In this document: piece after piece, positions 50,290-63,734 of the stretch
How the letters are laid out: each line of letters opens with the position of its first letter
Position numbering within the stretch: the first letter of the stretch is position 1
Origin: Haliotis rufescens
Lineage: Eukaryota
DNA: 64,000 bases
NCBI RefSeq assembly: GCF_023055435.1
Contig: NW_025963780.1
Coordinates: forward strand, 10,168,001-10,232,000
Reading direction: 5' to 3'
Translations under genes and position numbers: made by a program
Notes under the pieces: generated by a model
Told to the model about the DNA's origin: nothing
The model's database searches: none
What the model saw: only the letters and a program-made list of their open reading frames with translations

Positions 50290-53200
50290 TTTCTTTTACA
50301 TTTCTGGTACTCAACAAGTTTTTGTATTATATAATCGTATATTTATTCGAGATAAGTTTAGATCTAGATTCACGGAAACCTTCAAATTTAAACAGGTAGT
50401 GGAATTTATCGGCTATACCTGGCGATATACACAGTTTACATGTCCTAAATTCTCTATCAATACCAAGCCAACGGCCAGCTTCGACATGCAGATTTTGGTT
50501 ACAGGTTCTATGTTTAAGAATAGGCTAATATATTTTTTGAGATAGGAGAAGAACATTTCAAAAGAAGGGATATCTTATCTTTTAAATATTTATAATAATA
50601 CCCTTTTGAACTTCTCTTGACGTGAGATCTCCAATTTTGATAACACTGATCCTTTAAAGTTGTTTCTGTCTTGACAGTTAGCCACTGGCTTGAAACGCTT
50701 TGTGGGTCATAAAAAACATAGACAACAGTAATTAATTATTTGCCTCACCTTTCTTATCCAGGCATTTTGTTCATTATTACATAAAAATTGCAAATGAGCA
50801 AACTTGTAGATAAGTTGCGATAGTTCTGTTGCAGGTCCGGGTTAAAAAAACAAAGTTTATGCCAAAAACCTACAACAGGTTTACCTGCATAAATCGATAA
50901 AGGTATTCTACCTAGTTCTCCAGGAGCCATAAAATTTGGGGTCGCATTTCTAAAACCACAGGCTAGTTTTAGTCTTTTCAATTATGCCCAAATTTCACAG
51001 CCATATAATAATATTGGTAATATCGTTACATCAAAAACCTTAAGTAAACAATCCAAAGAAATATTGTAATTTCTAGATTTTTTGAGACGACAGAACATGG
51101 CTTTAGAAGCACTGTCGGCTAAAAAAATTATTGCTGGCTTGAAATTTCTGTTTCTTCTAAATAGAAGACCTTAGTGCGTATAATTGTCTACGATATCAAT
51201 TCTCCAAATAAAAAGAAAACCTACTTTTTTGGGACGGCCCGCTTCCAAAGATCAAAACGTTAGGTGTTTTTCGGGTTTATGTCTAGTTTCCACATATTAC
51301 AATAACTTTTAAAAGGGTCTAATGTATTCTGGAGTTCAGTTGCGGAATCAGCAAAAACGACACTGTCATGAACATACAGAAGGGTTAAGAGACAGATACA
51401 TTATTGTACATGTGAATCGTTCACATCGCCAATTTTCACACTCGTGCATCCGTGTTTCATGAGGATTTTTTCAAGATAGAGAGACAAAATAAAAGAGGTG
51501 ATAAATGTTCTCCTTGCCGCACGCCAGAGTAACATGGGAAATAATCTGATACAACACCATTTACAGACACATATGGTCTTATATTTGCATACAAATTTTG
51601 AACTAACTGGAAGATTTTACCCTTAATACCATATTTTAGTATTTTATGCCATAACCCAATACTCCACACATTATCGAAGGCTTTTAAAAAATTCAATAAA
51701 AGCGCAGAATAATTTTCTCTTACTTTGTTTAAGAATTTGAATGAGAATATCCAATACAAAGGTGTTATCATTTGTAGAGTAACCCTTCTGAATCCAGCTG
51801 GCACTGAGGTTAAGACATTATATATCTCAAGGAAATTAAGTTATCTATTATTGAGAACAGTGATGAAAAGTTTACCAAAGCAGCTAAGTATTGTAATGGG
51901 TCTCTAAGCGTTAGGGCCTGATTTGGTACCTTTTCTCTTGTAAATAGGACGCATAGAGCCAGAGAGGTAATATTCCCAAAGACTTCAAACGAATCAATAA
52001 AGTAGTCGTTCTCAATTTTGTCAGTCCCTGAGGCTTTGTTACGTTTCAGACTCTTAATGGACTGTGATATTTCATCAAAGGTTATATCATTATTCAAAAC
52101 TTTGTAATCATAATCTAAAACTTCATTTTCTTCATTTATTTCTGCATCACCCATGTGGTGTTCATCATTTATGTTCTTAAATGTTGAAACAATTCAGTGA
52201 TATCGGGTGTTTCAGAAGTTTGGGTTCTATTACTCTTATTGGGGATTTTCCAGAGTTCTTTAGGTGAATATTTAACTTTTTCCCTTATCACTGTACTAAA
52301 TTCAGTTTTGTACTTACAGGTATGTTTATTAAGTTTATTCATTTCTGATTTATGTTTCGGCGTTTTGATTGATAAAATGTTTAACGTTTATTTCTGTCCC
52401 AAACCAGGGTTTGTTATTTTGACGTTTTTTTCGGGCCGTGGCGAACTGGACGCCTTACCCCAAACGCTGTACGTGCTGCATCAGTGAGCAGACGTGCGAT
52501 CTCCTCAGCAAATGCATTAATAGCACGTGCTTGGTCGTCATGACCTCTTGTTGAATTTCAATAAATGTGTCAGTTTGGGGACAGTTTCTGTGTTGATATT
52601 ATTTACAAATGCATTTGCTTTATCCTTTTAATAATGTTTTGATTTTGCATCGTGATCTTTTAGGGGGGATGTTTGAAATTACTTGTATATTTTGCTTACT
52701 TGCAGTACTGACTATGGTTGTATTACTTTATTTTTAAGTAAGTGAAAACATAATAGGACAGTGGATATCTGAGTAGAGATGGGAAAATTCAGCAATATCA
52801 AATTCATTAAAACATGAAAGGCACATACATGACGATAGGGCATAATCCACTGCACTGGAATATTTACAAGTAACTTTACCAACTCCTTTGTCGTTATCTA
52901 TCCTGTCATTACATACAAACATATTAGTATTCTTACGTAAGTTTACTAACTTAAATCCAGAGCTATTGACTCTTCCTTGATCTTGATTACTTCTTGTAGT
53001 TGTTAAGATAAGGAGTGAAGTACATTTTCAGGTTCATACATATCTTTAATTTCTTCAATGTCTGTATCATGACAAGTTCTTCAATGATGTGTTTACCTAT
53101 AGTGCAGTACTCGTTCAATAATCTAGTCCTTGCATTTAAATCACCTATAAGTAAGATATATTCACTCTCCGCTTGCATGTGAAAAATGGATTGATCTACA

Positions 53201-54511
53201 AGGAAATGCACGTCATCTTTAGCATATTTAGAACCTTCTAGGGGTAGATGCAGTATTCCTAGATACAAGTCATTGTCAAAGTTCAATTATGACTTGGATA
53301 TAGAGAACCATTTAACATATTCACAATTGTAATCAACAAGGGAGATATAGCCAGAGTATTTATTTCTGACTGTTAAACGAAACCAATGTCACCAGACTTC
53401 CTTTGGAAACTGGTTCTATGATGTAAGTATAACTGATACCCATCAATGTCAAGCTCATCAAGTGAATCTGTTTCGGTTTCTTGCAAACCAGTTATATCAG
53501 CTTTATAGATTAGGTAGGTAAATTCAGGGTATTCTAATTTTCTTCTGAGTCTGCACACATTGAGGCATATAAACTTTATTTTATTTACGGTGGTGGGAGA
53601 ATAATGATCATTAGACTTTTCCATATTGTTTATTACCTCGTGTGTTTTGCTAGAGCCATACTGTAGTGGAGTGAAATGGTTAATAATAGTAGATGCATTA
53701 TCAGGATTATAGTTCTGATAATGTGTCTCAGAACAGCAGGTACAATCATCAACAACATGTTTAGGTAAACATTGCGAATCGTTGGTATGAGTAGGATTTC
53801 TTTGTGAGGATTGTAAAGTCTATGTGTTTGCATTTCCATCAGAAATATTATTTTTATATACAACATGCAAGGTTGAATGATAGACAGTGTTAATAATAAC
53901 AATGCTGTTTACAGTATTTACATTTGCTACCTTATCAGCAGTTGGGCTGCTCTGGGCATTGTTATGAAGAGCAGTACAATCTACATTGTACGGGTCCCCA
54001 AGACCACAGTCGTGTCCCTATGGTCTAGAGTTAAATGTAGTGTTAGACCTGGTGCTGGAGACTCTGTATGGGGGTGGCACAGGCACATTCTGGAGTTTGT
54101 TCTCAATGGACAGTCTATCAACTGTTATGTGGGATATCTTGTTCTCTCTCCTAGCCTCACTCAGGAGAGGCATAAGAACATCCTTCCTATAGCTGCTCAC
54201 TTCCACTGGGAACTGCTCCAATATACTACAGCCTTGTCCCTTGAGTTCCCTCCCAGTCCTCTTAACAGCATCTCTTCCACAGTATAAAGAAAACATGGCT
54301 ATCATAGGGCGTGGTCTAGCATGGTATTGAGGTTTCCTGTATCGCCAAAGTCGGTGGACACGTTTAAACTTGGTGTCATCACTGTTTGTTTTTTTGTTTG
54401 TTTGTTTTTTACATCAGGTTCAGAGGTTACACAGTAGGTTTAGTCAATTGTAGTGAAAATTCGTTACATGGATGTACATTTCTTGTGATATAAATATAGC
54501 ATGCATAACTG

Positions 54512-54590
<79 letters not shown>

Positions 54591-56150
54591 ATATGCCTCA
54601 AGAAGAGCATGAAAAGTTGTACCGATAGTCAGATATAACTAAAACAATTATGATAGTATTGCTATTTGAGGCGTAACTGATCTATAGCCTTATTGTACAG
54701 GGCATGATTATTATTTTAATTTGTGTAGGATTTTTCCCCATTTTCGTTCAAATTGTAATAGACCATTGTTTTTTGTGGCAATGAATTTTTCAATCATCGC
54801 TGACTCTTTTAGTATTTTCCTAAAATTATCAAAAATTGGTTTCTCACCCTTAATACTTGATATATATATATATATATCTTTTACTGGATATTATAATATG
54901 ATTAAGTAAGAGTTTATTTTTGTCGAATCCAAAAATAACTGAGTATTTGGTAAGTGAGATCCTAGTATTTGTGTCAAGGTTTAAAATGGTTTCCAGTTTG
55001 CTCCAAAAGTGTTTAACATATTCACATTCCCAATATACATGTATAAGGTTTTCGCCATTTAAGTCACAAAAGGAGCAAATATTATAATCAACTAGTTTCA
55101 TTTTTAATAATTCCTTTTTGGTGTAAATTATTCTATGGATAAACTTAAACTGAAAGTCAATCAATTCAGTATCTTTAGTACATTTTCTGAAATTTGAATA
55201 AACTTCTTTCCATTGAATATCATTATCAAAAAGAGATTGCCATTTTCCATTTACTAAGGGTGGTTTTGTTATTGTAATTAGTCTATCATAAAAGTACCTA
55301 GATCCTTGAACGGGTATAAATATATCCCTCAATTGTGGACTAAGATTTAAGTCATATATTGGTATTTTGATATAATGATTGACAGTGTCTCTCCATTCTT
55401 TAGGTATACTAAGTTTAACCTTATTATAATCTAATATTGTACCCTGTATATCATAACGTACTTTTAATATTTCAAATGGCAAAAATCCATTCTCATTACA
55501 TAAGTCCTTAATTGTCATTATACCCTTTTTAAACCAATTTTAATTCTGTAGTTTTCATGTTTAAATTGGTGATTTAGCCATAGGGGCTGTGATAGAATTT
55601 CGGAAATCCTTTCTGAATTTGTTGTAAATTTTCTGCCGTAATTTCCCCAAACATTTAAAACATCTCTCCAAAAAGGGTTTTTCACACATAAATATTTATC
55701 AGCATTGACTGATGTCATCACTGTTAGCAAAATATAACTTGTCTTTGATGAACTGTCTCAGTACCTTCCCACACTGCTCATGGGTAGAGTCAGACTCTGG
55801 TATGTTAGCAAAGATGAGATTATCTCTCATACTTCTAAACGTGGAATCAATGAGGGATTCAACCTCAAGTTCTCCATCTGTGCACATGCCTGGGTTTCAG
55901 TCTGGGATAATATTTGATCTTAAAGGTGTTTAATATTTTCATTAATAGGAAGTCTATCATTTTCCCAGGAATCAAAGCTTGCACTAACAAAGGTAATGCA
56001 ATCTTCTAGTTTATTAACTCTCCCCTTACCTCTTCTAACTCTTTCACTTTTAGCTCAAGTAAAGCAACATTTGATTTAATAGAGGCGATTTCAGTCTCAA
56101 TCTTGTCCAGTTTAGCCAACACCTGTGTATTTGGCGTCATTCACTTGATC
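50290..56150 (-). mobile_element. Decayed CR1/L2-group LINE (ORF1 + APE endonuclease + RT), interrupted by a second LINE
   Basis: ORF1 SMRDNLIF..IPE/RVHRL..RPRPMIA; APE LNVCRL, LQET, GDLNART, VDY; RT KAFD, GVRQGEHLSPLLF. Confidence 0.85.
54387..55712 (-). mobile_element. 5'-truncated L1/Tx1-type LINE inserted in host LINE ORF1, with 13-bp TSD
   Basis: zf-RVT FQFKFIHR...CSFC...E.LIHVYWEC...FW; A-rich tail; TGTCATCACTGTT at 54374-54386 and 55713-55725. Confidence 0.85.
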
Positions 56151-56494
56151 CTCAGTTAATGAATTTATTACAGGTATAATCAGTGGAAGCATCACTCAGT
56201 TTACCTGACAAAGGTTCCCATTTGGCATTTCTTGTGTCTTGAGTAATTATTCAATCGATGATTGGCTTATAAATCCAGGTCTGAATTGAATCCAGGTGAA
56301 TGCATTACGTGTTATGTAATATGCACGTGGCAGCGCAGCAAGAAAGGAATGGCCAGTTTACAAAAAAACATCCATCAAAGGATTAACCGAAAATACTTTG
56401 ATAGATTAATTTCCCGTTATCTTGCAGTGGATTTGTCAAAAGTAAGTGTCTATATATGTAGGTTTACTAAAGCAGACGGAATACACCCATATCT

Positions 56495-59358
56495 GGGCGT
56501 GAAGTGCATACGTAAAAACAACATACTTTGTTCAAAGAATTAGCCGATAATATGTTGATTGATGCTCATTGTTATCTAATTCAATTATGGATTGTTTTAA
56601 AGAGCAGTGGACATCATGAAAATACATGTAGTTGTCATGAGTGCTATCTCAGCTGACCAATAAGACTTGACACCTACGTCAAACACCTGAAACAAAATTA
56701 CGTTATCAGTTAAGAAACGAACACAAGTTAAAATATCCAGAAACGGTATATACCTTTTATAATATTTGATTGTTACAAAGACACGTGACATCGAACAAGT
56801 TCCTGTGTACAGTTTCAGATGTATGAGATATTGTTCCTTTATGTGGATATTGACGGGTACATTCCTCAAACAATGTAACTGCCTAATATTGTACATTTAA
56901 CTTTGGTCGGTTGTAATTACGATATTTGCATTTTGTTGTTAATGTAGCATTGAACAGAATCATTCTTGTTCCTCTACGTTGTCGTTGGGAAGTTCTTCGA
57001 TGCGAGACGGAAGTCAGTGAGTCGCTGTTTTCGTAAACCCTTTTGTTTGTAGGCGTGTATATGTTACAGTCCATGTGTAAAATGTGATTCACGTAGGCAA
57101 TTTGTAAAATGTCTAAATATTTCAGTCATTTCACAAACTGACTGAAAAATCTTTCTATATATTTAACAGATTGACTGAAAATTATTAAGACGTTTAAAAG
57201 GGCATAAAACATCAGAATAGACTAATTATGCTAGAATTTGAAGCCAAAAATATAAAAATGTACTTTGACTTTCGTTTCCTTTTGATCTTATCAGTTTTAC
57301 GAGTAGGAAGGCATCAATAAAATTAAACATCAATATGTTTGGATTTCGTTATAATAAAATAAATTGACAGATTTTTCGTTCCATTTGTACAGTAACTGAA
57401 TATATTTAGGCGTTTAAAAAATTGCCTAAGTGAAGATTTTAGTCATGTAACACATGACTGTAACATACACACACGATATGATAAGCAATGCTCAGGTAAA
57501 ATCTTTGGTTTGTGTTAAAATAGTATTAACAAAAAGTGTACAATACCTAGCAAGTGACTTATCAAAAACAATACGAAAGCCTAATGGTGCCACTTTGGTA
57601 GCTTATATTCTTTTGAATCGAAATTTCTTTTTATTGCATTTATTTGTTCATTTTTATGAAATTCCGATTTTTTTTTCTTGTTACTTCGATTATATGTTCG
57701 TAAATTCAATTATTTTCTCGTTATTTCAAGTTAATTTAAATAACTCAAAACCTTTTTCTCTTTCCTTCCATTATGTGCTCGTTATTTCTCGTTATTTCTC
57801 GTTATTTCGATTATTATTATTTATTTATTTATTTAATCATTTTTGGTGGGGTACCTCCCAATCTGTTGACTGACATTGGGAGAGTACCCGGTATTGCTAC
57901 CAGGAATATAGCCGTTCTGACAATATGGGTTATGCAGAAGGTTGCAGTGTTGGGGTGTCTTCACATTCACCGAAAAGTTCTCGGTGGGTTCGACTAGGTA
58001 GCGCTTCCTGCGATAATAAAGCGACATCTCATCCTACATGGTACCCATTCAATGATGGGTGAACAGAGGCACATTGCATATTGCACTTGCCCAAGGAGAC
58101 ACGAAATGTTTTACATGTGCTTCAGTGTGAGGGCAGGACCCAAGTCCAAGGAACTCCCACGAGCCAAGCTGCCGAAACGCGAGCACCCATCCAAGGACTC
58201 TTCGCTTAACTTAAAGGGGCACTGATCTAAAGCAATTCCCCGGGACTGGTTGTTGCCTTTGTTATTATTTTTTCCCCGTGAGTACCCGGGTGTATAGCAG
58301 ATATCTAGACTAGTTCGCGACCTGTGCTGCGTCATTCGTAAGCGCATTAGTCACTTTTATGGATAGTAATAAGGGCGTATGGTCACATTGATTAACAAAA
58401 TGAAAAACAGTTTTCGAGATAATAAGGAAATGTAGGTATCTTTGTGGGTAGCATCGGTAATGGTGACGAAGTTTTGATAACTCACTTGCTTGGTAATTTT
58501 GCGATTTTCGTTTACACTATTTTGACTTTCAACACAAAGTAAATATTTCACCTGAGCATTGCTTATTCTATAGTTCGTATATATTTTTTACCGTCAAAAT
58601 GTGTAAAATTTTCACTTAGGAAATTTATTAAACGCCTAAATATTCAGTTATTGTACAAATTGACGGAAAAAAATTCATCTGTATCATTATGATAGCGAAT
58701 TCCAAACATTTTTATTTTTTATGTCACCAAGTGACTGAAAATATTAGGATTGAAAGTACATTTCTATATTGTTTGGCTTCTAATACTAGCATAATTAATC
58801 CATTCTGATGTGTTAAGCCCTTTTGAACGTCTTCATCATTTCATAGTCAATCTGTTAATTAAATGGACAGATTTTTCAGTCAATTTGTAAAATGACTGAA
58901 ATATTTAGACATTATTAAATTGCCTGAGTGATTCACATTTTAAACATCATATCATATCATATCATATCATATCATATCATATCATATCATATCATATAAA
59001 AAGGCAGCTACCTTGTTCGAGGAATGTATCCGTGAATATCCACATAAAGGAACAACATCCCTTACATCTGCAGCTGTACAAAGAAACTTATTCGATGCCA
59101 CGTGTCTCAATATTTTAAAATATATATATATATATCGTTTCGGGATATTATAACCCGTGTTCGTTTCTCAACTGATCACTTGGTTGGTTTCAGTTGTTTC
59201 ACATAGGTGTGAAGTCTCAAAGGTTAGTTGAGAAAGCCCACGTGACAACGTTCTTAACAAAATCCATTGAGTTAGATAACAATGAGCAATCAATCAACGT
59301 ATTTTCGGTTAATCCTTTAAATAAAGTATGTTGTTTTTAACATCGCCACTTCACGCCA
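56495..59358. mobile_element. Foldback-type element with long (~0.8-0.95 kb) diverged inverted arms
   Basis: 56495-57445 is the reverse complement (with indels) of ~58605-59358, e.g. GTCTAAATATTTCAGTCATT vs AATGACTGAAATATTTAGAC. Confidence 0.75.
57843..58090 (+). mobile_element. Short 3' fragment of the same R4/Dong-like family
   Basis: [14 protein letters not shown]...MQKVAVLG..HI.RKVLGG nearly identical to 5440-5570. Confidence 0.75.
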
Positions 59359-60164
59359 TTTCCAAATAACGACATCCGATAAGCTGCCACCGTTCTTTTT
59401 GTTTGTTTGTTTAAGCTGAAGAAATTAATCAACATGCGCCCTTTGTCGAAATCGTCATAGATCATGGGTTACCAAACAAAGTAAAAAAATGCGTAAAACA
59501 AATATTGCCTCAAAGTTTATTTAGCTGTCCTTGCAGACGGTAGCCCAGTCACGCTCAGTTGCGTAAGCGAGCAAATCGACTCACGGCAGCTGGTGAGCCC
59601 TAGCGACCAATGTCAAACAGCCGAGAAGAAGCCAGAGACCAGTGCCCCTTTTACCTGATCTGTGACCTGTGCGCTGTTTATAGGACCACGTGTCATCATC
59701 CGTTTTATTATTTTCTCGTAATTTCAATTAATTTTAATGATTCCAAATTTCGCTTTTTTTTTTATAAACTTGAAATAACGCGAAAATAATCGAAGTGACG
59801 AGAAAGAACTCGAAATTTCGAGAAAATAATTGGAATAAATATTAAATAATATTTTTCTTTTTAAAATGAAATTATGATGTAACCAAAGTGGCACCAAGTG
59901 GCTTGCATGCATGCGTAAAAACCGAAGTAAACACACCGTCAGAGAAAAAACACTGAACCGGTGTTCCCTCAACGACTGCAAACAGCAGCTACCGGAGGGT
60001 GTACAGTATGCATACGATATATTGCAGACAGGTGATACAAAAATGTCTTTGGTATCATTTTTGTAAAAATCCTTCATATACTTCTCTGGGTATTAATTCA
60101 AGAAATCAATATATATTGAATCCGGAGTTTACAACTACAAGTTTTTAACTTCCCAGCTGCAAAG

Positions 60165-60345
60165 ACGACTAGCGAGATCGGCTGATCAGGCTCACCGACT
60201 TGGTGGATGCATGTCCTCGTATCCCAGTTGCGTGGATCGATGCTCATGATGTCAATCACTGTATTGTCTCGTCCAGACTTGATTATTTAAAGACCGCCGT
60301 CAGTAGTTGGAATATTGCTGAGTGCGGCGTTGACCAACAAACAAG
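60165..60345 (+). mobile_element. SINE-like family C copy
   Basis: Similarity to 40290-40462. Confidence 0.7.
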
Positions 60346-60506
60346 GTTCCTATTATCGCTTGATCCGTCATATCATGAGTTACAGCAAGTGTTACCATAG
60401 TACATAGTCATTTGTATTTACTTACTTATTAACCTCAATCTTATTCTCCAATACAGCTGTACATAAAATGTCGTGTTCACAATCACCACGGAGAAGCTTA
60501 TCATCC

Positions 60507-60659
60507 CTATGCTAACTGTCTGTGTATTTTGTTTAGTGACGTCATTGGAAGGTGTGCACCATACACCCCGGCTCGATACAGAAAGTATTCCAGTGCCAGG
60601 ATGACGCTGTCCGAGACGGGGCTGATGGTGATGCTGATGTCGCTTACTGACTTAATTCC
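60507..60659 (-). CDS. C1GALT1/T-synthase-like terminal coding exon
   Basis: ttttcttttcag acceptor, phase 0; GIKSVSDISITISPVSDSVILALEYFLYRAGVYG...* aligns by eye to G..CCSD.AISFHYV....MY.LEYL.YHL..YG. Confidence 0.8.
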   Translation of the reverse strand, partial: GIKSVSDISITISPVSDSVILALEYFLYRAGVYGAHLPMTSLNKIHRQLA

Positions 60660-61214
60660 CTGAAAAGAAAAAAAGGATGACATTGTAGGATATTTTTACA
60701 TTAAACCAACCATGTAAAAATTCGGGAAGAAATTGCTGTTAAGACCAAAGGGATTCGACTTCAAGTGGAAGAAAAGCGTCATGGAGGCTTGACAGTGCTG
60801 CCTGAAAAGGATCGAGTCTGGGACCAGTAAACCAGTGATCGGAAGCATGTGCGGTGATTCATACCGTTGGGTAATGATGACACATAATTAGCAAGGAAAC
60901 ACATTCTAACCACCCAATACTCAAAATAGTTGTCTCTTATTGGGTATTGGGGACCACCAACACGATAATACAATCAACAACACAGTAAGAATTAATACTT
61001 AATTCTATATCCAAATCTGTGTTAATGTCTTAATGTTCCCCAATCCATTACTAATTACCGTTTTCAGTATCTAGGCCAATCCTCCAGCAGATGTTATTTC
61101 GATATAGTCTTAAACATTCACTGACATATGACATTGAAACGTTCTTGTGTGGGGAGAAATAAACATATATTTTTCGACGTTAAATCCATTTGTTTAAACG
61201 AAGTTTCCTTCCCT

Positions 61215-61420
61215 TTTGTGTGTTTTTTTTGTTTAACGCCGCACTCGGCAATATTCACTGTATGATGGCGGCCTGTAAAATAATCGAGTCTGGACCAGAC
61301 AATCCAGTGATTGATATTATGAGCAAAGATCCACGCCGTCGGGTACGAAGACACGCTATCCACGAAGCCACCAAGCCAGACCGCCTGATCAATCAAGACG
61401 CCATTTACGAGCGCACCCAA
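61215..61420 (-). mobile_element. SINE-like family C copy
   Basis: Similarity to 35255-35450. Confidence 0.7.
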
Positions 61421-61816
61421 CTTAACAGATGAATTGGTATTAATCCAAGACCTACATTAAAAGATGACCATGCGTCTCTGTACTGATGTTATAATTTTTA
61501 TATAATATGGGCAACATTAGAGCAGAAAGGTCATTAAAGAACGTAAAGAAGAAAACAACATCAGCTCTGGCTTGTCTTAACAGCAGGCATCCAAACACTA
61601 TCACATAAATAAATATAGAAAGTCTAACCGTTATTTTCAAAAGTGCAGGCACAAATATACACGAGGGTCCATGATACACTCTTTGTCGTACCAAACACGC
61701 ACACAAACGGCAGACAAGGCTTTGAGTTTTCAGAAAATCGGAATTTTAGAGACGCAGAGACCGGTCATGATGTCAGAATGGCTAAGAAAAGGGGGAAATA
61801 TATATTTTTCAAAATA

Positions 61817-63230
61817 TACTCAACAACAAAAGTTCCTGTGACACCAATATTTTAGTATATTTTTCAAACAAGTAAAGTTTGGTTTTCATTGTTGTAGTAC
61901 ATGTATGGAATCAAGTCACAAAAAAGCAACTGCTACAGAAAAGCATGCATTCCATGCAAAAGTTGACTTTTATGCAAGCGCCATGCATTTTACTACCCAA
62001 GAATGGGTATAAAAACATGTGTGTTAACGGGATTCCATTCCGAGCCATTGGTATGCTTGAAGTAGGATCGAGTCAACGTGATGTTGCAAGACAAATTAAC
62101 GTCCACAGAAACACCATTTGGTGTTTATGGCAACGTTGGCAACATACGAATGCAGAAAGAGATCATCCTCGGAGTGGCAGACCACGCGTAGCCAATAATC
62201 GACAAGACAACTGGATTCGAACAACACACGTACGAAATCGATTCTAGCCAGCAACAGTGACTGCAAGAAGCATCCCTGGCCATGGCCTTTGATAAATATC
62301 TTCACAAACCGTACGTCGTCGCCTCAGATGTGCAGGGATTGTCGCCAGAAGACCCACCAGACGTTCAATTTTGACAGGACACCACCGTCAAGTACGTCTA
62401 CAGTGGTGCAGACAGCGTCTACGCTGGACGGCCATGCAGTGGGGATAACGTCACTGACGAGTCTCGTTTTCACCTCAGCCACAGCGATGGGCGGAATCGA
62501 GTGTACCGACCTCAAGGTGAACGTTACGTCAATCATTGTGTCATGGAAGAAGATCGGTTCGGGGGCGGCAGCGTTATGGTTTGGGGTGGGATTACAGCAA
62601 GACAGTGCACCCGTTTGATAGTGGTAGAGAAAAATATCAATGGACAGCGCTACCGCAACGAGATCATCGGCCCTGTTGTTCTACCGTTTTTGCGTCGTCA
62701 TGGCCCAGGCATTCCCTTTCAACATGACAACGCCCGGCCTCATATTGCTCGACTTGTTCAGGAATCTCTTCAACAAAACAACGTGCATGTCATCCCCGGC
62801 CGGCTCGCTCCCCTAATCTCTCACCAATCGAGCACATGTGGGATGAGATGGATCGGCACCTTCGACGTCAACCACGTGTTCCACAGACACTCCAGGAACA
62901 TCGAAACATGCTCCAGCAGATATGGACAGATATCCCACAGGACTTTATGCGACGCCTGGTCCATTCCATGAGACGAAGATGTGTTGCTTGCATCGCAACC
63001 AGAGGTGGACACACACGCTATTGATTTGTAAATTGACATTTTGGCATGTTCATGGGTTGTTGTTTTTTATAAAATCACGCATTTTCTGAAGTCAGTATGG
63101 CAAATTAAACCATTAGAACACTTAAAGGAGTCTTTTATCTGTTTCAAACCGAAATTGTTTCAGATTTGGTAAAAAACATAACTGTGCATTCAATCTTATT
63201 CAATGTCACAGGAACTTTTGTTGTTCAGTA
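61817..63230 (+). mobile_element. Tc1/mariner transposon, decayed, inside the last intron of the C1GALT1-like gene
   Basis: TIR TACTCAACAACAAAAGTTCCTGTGACA / TGTCACAGGAACTTTTGTTGTTCAGTA, TA TSD; RSGRPRV, VMVWGGI, FQHDNARPH, SPIEHMWD. Confidence 0.93.
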
Positions 63231-63734
63231 TATCATCAGCGAGACCAGATGTAATATTGTTGTCTTAATCATGTAAGGAACTTTAGATACACGAATCCGC
63301 GAATCGGTCTTCACCAGAGATACATTGACATAAGGGGAGCTGACGTTATTTGAAATCTGCTGCTATAAAATAACTGGTGTTGCACGGAAACATGTGTTTC
63401 TAAAACGAGCTGAGTACTATTTTTTTTTTTTAACTCTCTCGCAAACAATCTTGATCCGGGGCAAAACACTTTTGTATAATGCATATGTAACAATTCATTT
63501 TTCGCTCTGTGATCTGATAAGAACTTATTGCGCTTAGTGGCAAATCATTTCTTACAATGAGGGTAGTTTGGGAAACCAAAGGTTTCCTGCTTCCAATGCT
63601 TCAGCCTTGGGTTTTCATGTGTAAGGCCAGAGTAGGATTCCACACACGACTACAATTGCACTGTGTGCCTTGGCGTGACTGTGATGTTGTTAAATGCATT
63701 GCTAAATACACAGTCCATGTATGACAGACATTAC

